A stretch of DNA of 64,000 bases from Eubacteriales bacterium. GTDB taxonomy: Bacteria > Bacillota > Clostridia > Oscillospirales > CAG-272. A program made the position numbers and the translations under genes. Numbering within the stretch: the stretch's first letter is position 1; each line of letters begins with the position of its first letter. Below, piece by piece: positions 19,340-28,758 of the stretch. The stretch spans positions 16,003-80,002 of the forward strand of contig JAZRUG010000017.1 of assembly GCA_045652425.1 (NCBI GenBank), in the 5' to 3' direction. A model generated the notes under the pieces. That model was not told the origin of the DNA. It did not search any database and saw only the letters and a program-made list of their open reading frames with translations.

Positions 19340-20206
19340 TTATCTTTCTTTACCTACAAAGAAAAATGCAAGTACGCCGGGGCCCGTGTGAGCGCCGATA
19401 ACAGGACCTACGTCCGTTATTATCTCAACGTCAACGCCGTGTTTGTTTTTTATAATGGATGCAAGATATTCTGCATCAGCCAAACAATCGCCGTGAGAAA
19501 TAAACAAAGTTCCCTCTTTTGTGTTAAGAGCCAACTCGTCATATTTCTGAGCCAAAGCCTCAACAGAGGTTCTTCTGCCTCTTACCTTTGTCATATTAAT
19601 AAGGTGTCCCTCATCGTCCATGTGAAGAACGGGCTTGATACCAAGTACGTTACCTACAAAAGCAACTGTGGGACTGATTCTTCCGCCCCTCTTCAAATAC
19701 ATAAGGTCGTCAACAGTAAACCAATGGCAAAGATTTGGTCTCAAACCTTCTGCAAACTTTGCCGTCTCTTCGATAGTTGCGCCTTCATTTTTCTTTTTAA
19801 CAGTAAGATAAAGCAAAAGACCAAAGCCAGCCGATGCCGAAAGGCTGTCTACTGTAATAATCTTTCTGTCGGGGTATTTTTCCTGAAGCTGCACCCCTGC
19901 AAGTCTTGCAGAATTATACGTTGTGCTGAGTCCCGAAGAAAAACCGAGATAAAGCACGTCTTTTCCGGCCTTAAGATATTCTTCAAAGCATTGAGAGAAT
20001 ATTTCTACGTTTACTGCGGCTGTTTTCGCAATACCGCCCTCACGCATTTTTGCGTAAAACTCGGTGGCTGTTAAATCAAAGTTAGAATATTCCTTTTCCT
20101 CTCCCTCAAATCTCAAGGTAAGACTACAAAAAGGAACGCCCCATTTTTCAAGTATTTCCGGCTTAATATCACAAGCCGAATCAGTAATTATAATATATTC
20201 GCTCAT
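19340..20206 (-). CDS. DegV-family fatty-acid-binding protein
   Basis: IIITDSACDI...SSGLSTTYNSA...ISHGD pattern. Start at ATG 20206 behind GGAG; the track start at 20266 adds an unlikely 20 aa. Confidence 0.88.
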   Translation of the reverse strand: MSEYIIITDSACDIKPEILEKWGVPFCSLTLRFEGEEKEYSNFDLTATEFYAKMREGGIAKTAAVNVEIFSQCFEEYLKAGKDVLYLGFSSGLSTTYNSARLAGVQLQEKYPDRKIITVDSLSASAGFGLLLYLTVKKKNEGATIEETAKFAEGLRPNLCHWFTVDDLMYLKRGGRISPTVAFVGNVLGIKPVLHMDDEGHLINMTKVRGRRTSVEALAQKYDELALNTKEGTLFISHGDCLADAEYLASIIKNKHGVDVEIITDVGPVIGAHTGPGVLAFFFVGKER

Positions 20207-20382
20207 TTGTTTTACTCCTATTTTCGATATTACGTTTTTAACAACTGTAAAAAAATAACAATACATCTTATATTATATCACCCAACTGTTGTTTTGTCAA
20301 CAATATAAAATATATAGTAATGTTTATTGTATATAAGTCCGTGACTTAATGATTAGATACATATAATCTAATAAAAAAGGCT

Positions 20383-20516
20383 AAAGGGATCCTTCGACTT
20401 CGGCAATATAAATTGCCTTCGCTCAGGATGACAGTCTTTATTATTTATACAAACAAACAATGAATATGTCATTCTGAGTGAAGCGACCAAAGGTCGCGGA
20501 ATCGAAGAATCCCTTT
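20383..20516. repeat. Nested inverted-repeat intergenic element
   Basis: Outer arms aaagggatccttcgacttcg / cggaatcgaagaatcccttt (17/20 complementary). Inner arms gctcaggatgaca / tgtcattctgagtgaagc. Confidence 0.7.
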
Positions 20517-20544
20517 ATCACTATACAAAAATGTTAATCTTTTA

Positions 20545-21297
20545 TTACCCCAATAGCACGTCTGTTACAAGCATCACGCAAAAGCCTACGAGCAAGGCAT
20601 AAGTTGCGCCGCGTTCGCTTCCGTGTGCGTGTGTCTCGGGTATCATTTCATCACTGATTACATAGAGCATAGTACCACCGGCAAATGCAAGAGCAAAGGG
20701 CAATATCGCTGATGCAATACTTACCGCAAAATATCCTACGAGAGTTCCCACAACCTCAACAAGTCCGGTTATCATAGCGCATACAAACGTCTTCTTCGGC
20801 GTTACTCCCGCCGCCAGCATAGGTCCAATAATAACCATACCCTCGGGGATATTCTGCAATGCTATACCACCTGCAATAATAAGTGCTTGCGACACGTCAC
20901 CCGAACCAAAACCAACACCTGCGGCAATACCCTCGGGTAAATTATGTATAGCTATTGCAAGTACGAACAGCAATACTTTACTCAAGTTTTCGTTCTTATG
21001 CGGCTCAATATCCGCCCCCACCATCTTATGCAAATGTGGTACGAGCTTATCTATAACGTTAAGACACAAAGCCCCCGCAAATATTCCCGCAACCGTAATC
21101 AAAATCCCGTATTCCCCGCCGTATTCAACTGACGGTAAAATAAGTCCCAATACCGCCGCCGCAAGCATTACTCCTGCCGCAAAAGACAGAATTATGTCGG
21201 AAAACTTATGACTTATCTTTTTAAATGCAAAACCGATTATTGAGCCTATCATTGTCGCTCCCCCAACACCGAGAGCCGTCAACAATACCATTTCCAT
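20545..21297 (-). CDS. ZIP-family divalent metal transporter
   Basis: 250-aa multi-TM protein with HNLPEGIAAG and QNIPEGM motifs. Confidence 0.88.
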   Translation of the reverse strand: MEMVLLTALGVGGATMIGSIIGFAFKKISHKFSDIILSFAAGVMLAAAVLGLILPSVEYGGEYGILITVAGIFAGALCLNVIDKLVPHLHKMVGADIEPHKNENLSKVLLFVLAIAIHNLPEGIAAGVGFGSGDVSQALIIAGGIALQNIPEGMVIIGPMLAAGVTPKKTFVCAMITGLVEVVGTLVGYFAVSIASAILPFALAFAGGTMLYVISDEMIPETHAHGSERGATYALLVGFCVMLVTDVLLG

Positions 21298-21354
21298 AAA
21301 ATAATCCTCGTATTAATCTACTTTAATTCACTATATAACGCACAGATAAAAACA

Positions 21355-21480
21355 AGGCTCCCTTGTGTAAAGGGAGCTCCCGACGGAGTCGGGTGAGGGA
21401 TTGTTTTTAACGTACAAACCATTATTTAACAACCCTTCCGCCTCGTTCCTCGGCACCTCCCCTTACACAGGGGAGGCTTC
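21355..21480. repeat. Multi-hairpin intergenic element
   Basis: Hairpins ctccctt-gtgta-aagggag, cccgac-ggag-tcggg and cctcccc-ttacaca-ggggagg. The last is followed by a T-run. Confidence 0.65.
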
Positions 21481-21494
21481 TTTTTTAAGTTTTT

Positions 21495-21653
21495 TTACGC
21501 TTCGCTGAAATTAGACTTATCTACACCGCAGATGGGGCATACGAAATCTTCCGTAACCTCTTCCCACTTCGTTCCTGCAGCAACGCCCTGGCTTCCTTCG
21601 CCAACAGCTTCATCATATTCATATCCGCAAATATTACATACATATTTTTTCAT
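21495..21653 (-). CDS. Rubredoxin
   Basis: 52 aa, below the ORF-track cutoff. My translation: MKKYVCNICGYEYDEAVGEGSQGVAAGTKWEEVTEDFVCPICGVDKSNFSEA, with CxxCG...CPxCG. Confidence 0.9.
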   Translation of the reverse strand: MKKYVCNICGYEYDEAVGEGSQGVAAGTKWEEVTEDFVCPICGVDKSNFSEA

Positions 21654-21682
21654 TATGTTTTTCCTCCATATTAGATAATCAA

Positions 21683-22063
21683 TTAAAGTTCAGTCTTCCA
21701 AAGACCGTGAAGATTACAGTAAGCATATACTGCAACTGCCTTTTCGTCAGCAAGAGCAAAAGTTACTTTAGGTTCTTCTCCGGGATTCAAGCACTTTCTT
21801 TGACCACCCTTATCTGTCTGGAGATACACCCAAGTAATGCTGTGCTCTTCGGTCATAGGATGTGCAACCGAGCCTATCTCAACTGTTACAAGATTACCCT
21901 CAACCTTTGCAACAGGTATATGCTTTTCATGACTTGCCTCAACCACACCGGGTTCAAGCTTCGTCATCTTCTGTCCGCAACACATCATAGGAACACCTGC
22001 ATCTTTAATAAGTCCCACTATATTGCCGCAATGTTCGCAAATGTAAAATTTGTTATCACACAT
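21683..22063 (-). CDS. dfx: Desulfoferrodoxin (superoxide reductase)
   Basis: N-terminal desulforedoxin-like CEHCGN...CCGQ plus a SOR domain (HIPV...HPMTEEH...CNLHGLW). Start at ATG 22063 behind GGAGG. Confidence 0.9.
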   Translation of the reverse strand: MCDNKFYICEHCGNIVGLIKDAGVPMMCCGQKMTKLEPGVVEASHEKHIPVAKVEGNLVTVEIGSVAHPMTEEHSITWVYLQTDKGGQRKCLNPGEEPKVTFALADEKAVAVYAYCNLHGLWKTEL

Positions 22064-22095
22064 ATTATTATCCTCCAAAATGTTATTTATATAAA

Positions 22096-23895
22096 TTATT
22101 CAATGGGTTCAAAGTCTGCCGCCCCATGTTTACACAAAGGACATACTATATCTTCGGGAAGCTCTTCCCCTTCATATACGTATCCGCATATTCTGCATAC
22201 GTATCCTTTTTTGCCTTCAGTCTTGGGCTTCGGCTTAACGTTATTCTGATAATAAGTGTAGGTCATCGTTTCCTTATCGGAAATAACTCTTGACTCGTTT
22301 ACCGAGCATATAAACATTCCGTGTGTATCAAGGTCTATATACTGTTCAACCTTGAGCGACATAAATGAATTAATATATCTAGGCAAGAATACCAATCCGT
22401 TATCTGAACGGAGAGGCGTACAATCTGCAAACTTATCCACGTTTCTTCCGCTTGCAAATCCGAATTTTTCAAACACCGAGAAGGGCGCGTCTACTGTCAG
22501 ACAGTTTATATTCATTTTGCCCGTCTGCTTTATAACGTGATGTGAATAATTCTCTTTGTTAATCGTAACTGCAATTCTGTTGGGTACGCTGGTTACCTGT
22601 GTTACTGTATTTACGATAAGTCCGTTATCCTTCTTGCCGTCGTTTGACGTTACAACGTAAAGACCGTATCCAATATTAAAGAGGGCTGTCAAATCACTCT
22701 TGTTTGCCGTTTCGGATCTCTGCGCCAAATAATCCTTGCAAAGCTCGTTAACTAACCTATTAAGCTGTTCGGTACTTTCTTCGTTAAGAGCAGACAGTAT
22801 TTTTACAGTTGTATCGGTGTAGGTAATATTCTTGCACTTTTCAAGTAAGCCTTTCATTACCTTTGCCGCCATAGGCGCCCAGCTTCCGTTTTCAATAAGG
22901 GCAACGGTTCTGTTACTGAAGTTTCTTTCAACCAAGTGATTGATAAACTCGCGCATAAAGGGGAATATTTCCGCATTATAGGTCGTCGTCGCAAGTACGA
23001 TCTTGCTGTATCTGAACGCGTCCTCGACCGCCTCTGCCATATCGCATCTTGCAAGGTCGTTTACAACAACCTTTGGACAACCGTTTGCCTTCAATGCATC
23101 TGCAAGTTTGAGAACCGCTCTTTTTGTATTGCCGTAAACGGAGGTATAACAAATAACGATTCCCTCTTCCTCGGGCTGATAGCTTGACCAAGTATTGTAA
23201 AGGTTAATGTAATAACCGAGATTTTCTTTAAGAACGGGACCGTGCAAAGGACAGATAATTTGAATATCAAGCCCTGCCGCTTTCTTGAGAAGCGCCTGAA
23301 CCTGCGCACCGTACTTTCCTACGATACCGATATAGTAACGTCTTGCTTCACAAGCCCAATCCTCTTCAACGTCAAGGGCGCCAAACTTTCCGAATCCGTC
23401 AGCCGAGAACAACACTTTATCGGTTGAATCGTAAGTTACTATAACCTCGGGCCAATGCACCATCGGTGCTGTTACAAAAGTAAGATTATGTTTACCAAGA
23501 GAAAGTTGACTTCCCTCACCCACCACTATCTGTCTTTCGGCAAAATCGGTACCGAAAAAGTTTTTCATCATTTTGAATGCTTTATCGGAAGATACGATTT
23601 TTGCATCGGGGTAAATCTTGATGAAATTCATAATATTTGCCGAGTGGTCAGGCTCCATATGCTGAATTATAAGATAATCCGGCTTTCTGTCGCCCAAAGT
23701 ATTCTGCAAATTATCAAGCCATTCATGAGTAAAGTTCGCATCAACAGTATCCATTACAGCTATTTTTTCATCAACAATAACGTAAGAGTTATACGCCATT
23801 CCGTTAGGCACATCGTACTGCCCTTCGAACAAATCAATCTTGTGGTCATTTACACCAACGTATTTTATATCTTTGGTAATCATCATAGTATTCAC
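22096..23895 (-). CDS. Multidomain flavodiiron protein (metallo-beta-lactamase + flavodoxin core, flavin-reductase-like domain, C-terminal rubredoxin)
   Basis: HMEPDHS diiron motif, then a flavodoxin-like segment (IVICYTSVYGNTK). C-terminal YVCRICGYVYEG...CPLCKHG. Confidence 0.88.
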   Translation of the reverse strand: MNTMMITKDIKYVGVNDHKIDLFEGQYDVPNGMAYNSYVIVDEKIAVMDTVDANFTHEWLDNLQNTLGDRKPDYLIIQHMEPDHSANIMNFIKIYPDAKIVSSDKAFKMMKNFFGTDFAERQIVVGEGSQLSLGKHNLTFVTAPMVHWPEVIVTYDSTDKVLFSADGFGKFGALDVEEDWACEARRYYIGIVGKYGAQVQALLKKAAGLDIQIICPLHGPVLKENLGYYINLYNTWSSYQPEEEGIVICYTSVYGNTKRAVLKLADALKANGCPKVVVNDLARCDMAEAVEDAFRYSKIVLATTTYNAEIFPFMREFINHLVERNFSNRTVALIENGSWAPMAAKVMKGLLEKCKNITYTDTTVKILSALNEESTEQLNRLVNELCKDYLAQRSETANKSDLTALFNIGYGLYVVTSNDGKKDNGLIVNTVTQVTSVPNRIAVTINKENYSHHVIKQTGKMNINCLTVDAPFSVFEKFGFASGRNVDKFADCTPLRSDNGLVFLPRYINSFMSLKVEQYIDLDTHGMFICSVNESRVISDKETMTYTYYQNNVKPKPKTEGKKGYVCRICGYVYEGEELPEDIVCPLCKHGAADFEPIE

Positions 23896-23947
23896 CTCAA
23901 AATAATATTATCATTTGTTTATTTATTCGTCAATCATATTTTCTAAA

Positions 23948-24646
23948 TTAATCAAGAATTCTACCATCTGTTGTTATAGTAACAACTTGCCAAGGAATAA
24001 ACTTTCCGCTTTCTTTCAGCGCTCTTCTTACCGCGTTTTCAAGTCCTCCGCAGCAAGGCACTTCCATACGAACGATCTTCAAGCTTTTTATATCGTTGTT
24101 ACGTATAATCGCCGTCAACTTTTCGGCATAATCGCCTTCATCAAGCTTTGGACAGCCAATGAGTGTAATGTGATTTTTTATAAAATCATTATGAAAACTT
24201 CCGTAGGCATAAGCGGTACAGTCGGCGGCAATAAGTAAGTTTGCTCCTTCAAAATAAGGTGCATTTACGGGAACAAGCTTTATCTGGCACGGCCATTGCA
24301 TCAGCCTGCTTGCCGTAGACGGATTTGAATAAGACGCCGGAACGGTATCCCTTTTTATATTTTTTATTCGCATTCCGGGACAACCGCTGTGCAAACTTGC
24401 TTCGCTTTTCTTCATTTTTTCTTTTTTTACAGCCTCTTCATCATACTCGGGTGCTTCCCTTTCCTCAAAAGATATAGCATCTACCGGACAAACAGGTAAG
24501 CAATCTCCCAAACCGTCGCAATAATTTTCCTTGGTCAGTTCAGCTTTACCGTTTATCATTTCAATAGCGCCCTCATGACAAGCAACAGCGCAAGCTCCGC
24601 AACCGTTACATTTTTCTTTATCGATTTTTATTATTTTTCTTATCAT
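23948..24646 (-). CDS. 4Fe-4S dicluster-domain protein
   Basis: CNGCGACAVACHEGAI and CDGLGDCLPVCP motifs. Start at ATG 24646 behind AGGAGG; the track start at 24730 would overlap ldhA. Confidence 0.8.
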   Translation of the reverse strand: MIRKIIKIDKEKCNGCGACAVACHEGAIEMINGKAELTKENYCDGLGDCLPVCPVDAISFEEREAPEYDEEAVKKEKMKKSEASLHSGCPGMRIKNIKRDTVPASYSNPSTASRLMQWPCQIKLVPVNAPYFEGANLLIAADCTAYAYGSFHNDFIKNHITLIGCPKLDEGDYAEKLTAIIRNNDIKSLKIVRMEVPCCGGLENAVRRALKESGKFIPWQVVTITTDGRILD

Positions 24647-24671
24647 AGCGCCTCCTGATTTGCTGTATTTT

Positions 24672-25706
24672 TTAAAAACATTTTTTATCATTACAGTCCT
24701 TAGATTCGCCGTTACAGTAACAAACCTCATTTGGACATTGATTCGTTTCGAAGAAACCTACTATATTGTTTACGGTTGTGTCTGCGATATTTTCCAACGC
24801 ATCTTCGGTAAGAAAAGCCTGATGCGACGTTACGATAACGTTCGGCATGGAAATAAGCCTTGCCAAAGTGTCATCTTCAAGTATGTGCCCCGACTTATCC
24901 TCGAAAAACAAATCGGATTCTTCTTCATATACGTCAAGACAAGCGGCTCCAACCTTACGCGCCTTTATTCCGTTCAACAACGCCTCGGCATCTACCAACG
25001 CGCCCCTTGACGTATTTATAATTACAACGCCTTTTTTACATTGTTCAATTGCCTTTTCATCAATAACGTGATACGTCTCGTCGGTTAACGGACAGTGCAA
25101 ACTGATTATATCGCTGTTTTTTAATACGTAATCAAGAGTACAATATCTAACCGTGTCTCCGTTATCAAGTTCTTTTGAAGGAAATTTGTCATAAGCCAAA
25201 ACTTTCATACCGAAGCCAAGACATATATCAATGAATATCCTTCCGATTTTTCCTGTTCCTATAACCCCGACCGTTTTACCGTGCAAGTCGAAGCCGGTCA
25301 ATCCGTTCAAACTGAAATTGAAATCCCTTGAACGTATATACGCCTTGTGTATACGGCGTACGCTCGTAAGAAGCATTGCTATCGCGTGTTCTGCTACGGC
25401 GTATGGAGAATACGCGGGAACACGCAACACGTGAACTTTTCCATACGCGTGCTTTATATCAACGTTATTAAAACCCGCGCATCTTAAAGCAACTACAGAT
25501 ACTCCGAATTCTGCCAAGCGATCGATTACCTGCGCATTTACTGTATCGTTTACAAACACGCACACGCCGTCGTATCCCTTTGCTAAATCAACAGTATCTT
25601 GAGTTAACCTCGTTTCAAAAAATTTAATTTCTATATTTAAGTTGTTTGCATATTTTTCAAAATAAGGTCTGTCGTAAGGTTTAGTATCAAAAAATGCTAT
25701 TTTCAT
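24672..25706 (-). CDS. ldhA: D-lactate / D-2-hydroxyacid dehydrogenase with a Cys-rich C-terminal tail
   Basis: MKIAFFDTKPYD..., GVIGTGKIGR (NAD-binding), RGALVD, H..FLT. Tail: CPNEVCYCNGESKDCNDKKCF. Confidence 0.85.
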   Translation of the reverse strand: MKIAFFDTKPYDRPYFEKYANNLNIEIKFFETRLTQDTVDLAKGYDGVCVFVNDTVNAQVIDRLAEFGVSVVALRCAGFNNVDIKHAYGKVHVLRVPAYSPYAVAEHAIAMLLTSVRRIHKAYIRSRDFNFSLNGLTGFDLHGKTVGVIGTGKIGRIFIDICLGFGMKVLAYDKFPSKELDNGDTVRYCTLDYVLKNSDIISLHCPLTDETYHVIDEKAIEQCKKGVVIINTSRGALVDAEALLNGIKARKVGAACLDVYEEESDLFFEDKSGHILEDDTLARLISMPNVIVTSHQAFLTEDALENIADTTVNNIVGFFETNQCPNEVCYCNGESKDCNDKKCF

Positions 25707-25790
25707 TACACTCCCCCTTGCTTTTCTGAAATCATTATAGTATAATCTCTTTGTAATTTCTGTTGAATTTTCAACAAAACGGAGAAAAAT

Positions 25791-26450
25791 ATGGAAAAAT
25801 ATTTAGAAATTTTAAAAAAGTGTCCGCTTTTTTTCGAAATAGAGAAAAACAACCTCTTTAAAATGCTGAATTGTCTAGGTGCAAAAATCGAAGAATTTGA
25901 CAAAAAATATACTATTTTTGCTGAAGGCTCGTCAGCTAAATATATAGGTATAGTTTTGTCAGGGTCAGCCCAAATAATTCAAATGGACTATTACGGAAAC
26001 AGAAATATTTTGGGGACAATAGAACCTTCTCAGATTTTTGCTGCAGAATTTGCTTGTACCGAGTCAAGCTCTTTGCCTGTGTCGGTAATCGCAAACGAGC
26101 CGTGCGAAGTTATGCTCATTAACTGTAGCCACATTTTACATACCTGCTCCAATAATTGCGGGTTCCACCAGCAGCTTATATTCAACCTTATGAAAGACCT
26201 TGCTTTGAAAAACATTATCTTTCATCAAAAAATCGAAATAACTTCAAAAAGAACAACAAGAGATAAGCTTTTAACATATCTTATATTTAAATCAAAAGAA
26301 ATGGGAAAAAGAAGTTTTGATATTCCCTTTGACCGACAAGAACTTGCCGACTATCTTGAAGTTGACAGAAGCGGTCTTTCTGCTGAAATAAGCAAATTAA
26401 GAAACGAGGGTATACTCGAGAGCAACAAAAAACATTTCGTTCTGCTATAG
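25791..26450 (+). CDS. Crp/Fnr-family transcriptional regulator
   Basis: cNMP-binding-like N-terminus and C-terminal HTH (RQELADYLEVDRSGLSAEISKLRNEGIL). Divergent from the redox cluster. Confidence 0.88.
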   Translation: MEKYLEILKKCPLFFEIEKNNLFKMLNCLGAKIEEFDKKYTIFAEGSSAKYIGIVLSGSAQIIQMDYYGNRNILGTIEPSQIFAAEFACTESSSLPVSVIANEPCEVMLINCSHILHTCSNNCGFHQQLIFNLMKDLALKNIIFHQKIEITSKRTTRDKLLTYLIFKSKEMGKRSFDIPFDRQELADYLEVDRSGLSAEISKLRNEGILESNKKHFVLL

Positions 26451-26480
26451 GACTAGGCCAAATTAATAAAGCAAAATAAA

Positions 26481-26718
26481 CGACCTCATCCGTCTCGGCA
26501 ACGAAGAAATATATTTAATAAAGCTTGTACCCTGCCTCGACACCTTCTCCCACCGGAGAAGGTCTTTGTTTGTACAAGAATTTAAAAATGTTAGTTATTA
26601 CTGTTCTTTAATTTAGAGTAAAATTAAACATTGTACCTTCTCCGGTGGGAGAAGGTGTCGTACCGCCAATAAATAATAGTTTTTTATTAATCTTTATGCG
26701 GTGCGACGGATGAGGTCG
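26481..26718. repeat. MITE-like element with perfect nested inverted repeats
   Basis: Outer 14-nt inverted repeat cgacctcatccgtc (26481-26494) / gacggatgaggtcg (26705-26718). Inner perfect 25-nt inverted repeat cgacaccttctcccaccggagaagg (26538-26562) / ccttctccggtgggagaaggtgtcg (26636-26660). Each inner arm is itself an 8-bp hairpin. Confidence 0.85.
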
Positions 26719-26823
26719 TTAATAATAATTAATTTTTTTATTATGGAATTGACTGTTTGTTTATTGATTTTGAGAAAACAAAAATGGGACTAAGTTAATA
26801 ATAAACCGCCCCATCTTTTTTAT

Positions 26824-28584
26824 TCACTTCTTAGTTTCTTCGATAAACAAATCGATTTTGTCATATATAGTTTGAAGACTCTTTCTCCAGAAATCAGAAG
26901 ACGTCAAATCTATTCCCATAATAAGAGCGCATTCCTCTATACTCATCATTGACGTTGCTTTAAGCAACTCACGATATTTTTGAACAAAGCTATCTCCCAT
27001 CTCTAAATATTTTGCATACAGTCCTCGTCCGAAAAGACCACCAAACGTATATGGGAAATTATAGTAAGAACGTTGAGAAGAATAATAATGCGACTTATCA
27101 CACCATACGTAAGGGTAAAGATAATCGTTGTCAAGCGCGTCGCCATAAACCTCTTTTTGAGTGTCTGTCATAAGTTTGTTTATCTCCGAAGCATAAACAA
27201 ATCTTTCCTTTCGCATTTTTATAAGTTCGTCTTCAGTCTTATACCTTACGTACATATCGGGCAGTATCATAAGGCTGTCGGTTATCTGCTTGTCAAGCAA
27301 AGCGATTTTTTCTTCGCCCTCCGCCTTATCTATAGCACCGTTTACAAGCAATATTTCGTTAAAAGTAGATGCTGTTTCCGCAAGAGGCAATCCGTAAGCT
27401 CTGTTTAAAGGTCTGTTATTTTTTACCTGCTGACCGTGAAAAGCGTGTCCAAGCTCGTGTGCAAGTGTGTTTATTGCACCGAAATTACCGTTGAAATTAG
27501 TGAGAATTCTCGATTCGCCAAACCAAGTAAGGTTATAACAAAATGCGCCGCCTGACTTACCCGCCCTTGAATAAAAGTCTATCCACTCTTCCTTAAACGC
27601 TCTGTCCATCATTTCAGACATATCCGAAGAAAAGTCCTTAAAATGTTCTACCAGATATTTGTGAGCGCTCTCGGGCGTATATTCCTTTTTAGTCGCATTG
27701 CCAATAGGCGCATAAATGTCATACCAAGGCAATCCCTTTTCGTAACCTAAAAGACTTGCCTTTGCTTTCAAATACTCTCTGAATTTCGGGAAAGATTCTT
27801 TTACGGCACTCCACATAGCCTCAAGAGTATCTTTCTTCAAACGCCAACTTGTCAACGTCATATCAAGTGGAGATTCATAACCGCGTAATTCCGTCTCGGT
27901 TAAAACCTGTGCTTTAATATTGTTTACAGAATATGCAAGTGCATCGCTTATTCTGGGATAATTTGCAATTTGCGCTTCATATACTTCTTTTCTTATATCT
28001 GCATCCGAGCTTTTAGCCAATGCCTGAAGCGCATTCATAGACTTTTTTTCGCCCCTGAAATCAACCTCTGTATGAGACATAAGATACGAATACTGTTCAG
28101 TCCAAGCAAGTCCGCCCGAAGCCGCCATTTGTGAAAAAACGTATTCGCCGTCGGAGCTCATATTATGCTCCAAACTTTCTTTTATCTCTTTGAAATAAAA
28201 TGCGTATTCATTCAACAAATCGTCGGATTTTATTACCTCTGCAATATTATTTATATTGCCAACATAGTTTTTGAACAAAACGTCTTCCTTTGCATTTGCC
28301 GTAAGAAGCTTTTGTATTCTCGTGCGATAAGGGTCTCCCTCCTTGTCCGAGCTGTTTGCGGAACGGCGAAGCCTGAAATATACGTAAAGACGGTTTGAAA
28401 CGTTGAGTATCTCTTCCTTTAATTCCATTATTGCGCGAAGAGTATCTTTCGGAAAATCGAGTGTCGCCGAATTAACCCTATTTCTGTATTCCTCATTTAA
28501 AGACTCCAGTTTTGCCAAATCGATTTCTATATTTGGATCATCTATACCTTTGTAAAACACGTCAAGAGACCATCTGTCGTACAT
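26824..28584 (-). CDS. pepF: Oligoendopeptidase F (M3B family)
   Basis: HELGHAFH zinc motif. Start at ATG 28584 (AGAAAGAGG upstream). The longer track ORF would read through the neighbouring gene's terminator at 28710-28738. Confidence 0.88.
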   Translation of the reverse strand: MYDRWSLDVFYKGIDDPNIEIDLAKLESLNEEYRNRVNSATLDFPKDTLRAIMELKEEILNVSNRLYVYFRLRRSANSSDKEGDPYRTRIQKLLTANAKEDVLFKNYVGNINNIAEVIKSDDLLNEYAFYFKEIKESLEHNMSSDGEYVFSQMAASGGLAWTEQYSYLMSHTEVDFRGEKKSMNALQALAKSSDADIRKEVYEAQIANYPRISDALAYSVNNIKAQVLTETELRGYESPLDMTLTSWRLKKDTLEAMWSAVKESFPKFREYLKAKASLLGYEKGLPWYDIYAPIGNATKKEYTPESAHKYLVEHFKDFSSDMSEMMDRAFKEEWIDFYSRAGKSGGAFCYNLTWFGESRILTNFNGNFGAINTLAHELGHAFHGQQVKNNRPLNRAYGLPLAETASTFNEILLVNGAIDKAEGEEKIALLDKQITDSLMILPDMYVRYKTEDELIKMRKERFVYASEINKLMTDTQKEVYGDALDNDYLYPYVWCDKSHYYSSQRSYYNFPYTFGGLFGRGLYAKYLEMGDSFVQKYRELLKATSMMSIEECALIMGIDLTSSDFWRKSLQTIYDKIDLFIEETKK

Positions 28585-28709
28585 AACAATAAAACCTCTT
28601 TCTTCAGATTTTTTATAAATATCATCAAAATGAATATAACATATATTCCCCGTATTTTCAAGAAGGTATCGTTTTTTTATATAAATAAAACGTACTGCGT
28701 AAAACTTGT

Positions 28710-28738
28710 AAAAAAAAAAGGGCGGTTTCAAACCGCCC
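28710..28738 (-). terminator. Rho-independent terminator of the 28759-29724 gene
   Basis: Stem gggcggtt/aaccgccc preceded by a 10-nt A-run (U-run on the minus strand). Confidence 0.8.
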
Positions 28739-28758
28739 AATATAAAAACTTTGCCAAA

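Noticed and set aside
19388-20074. Long antisense ORFs opposite well-supported genes (for example 19388-20074, 21707-22249, 12655-13188, 23455-23946, 43568-44146, 44883-45650, 46307-46861, 55685-56368)
   Set aside because: Each lies fully inside a gene with strong family motifs on the other strand. Their translations are Cys/Arg/Ser-rich or low-complexity, as is typical of non-coding frames.
25761-25776. Canonical FNR/CRP box
   Set aside because: The palindrome is real, but its spacing is TTGA-N4-TCAA, not the TTGAT-N4-ATCAA (TTGA-N6-TCAA) FNR consensus. I keep it only as an uncharacterised operator candidate.
28585-28740. N-terminal extensions of track ORFs (pepF to 28740; likewise thiD to 8742, DegV to 20266, ferredoxin to 24730, radical SAM from 29836, M20 from 45876, recombinase to 32879)
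   Set aside because: Internal ATGs with good Shine-Dalgarno sequences give proteins that start where the family homology starts. The pepF extension would read through the neighbouring gene's terminator hairpin.
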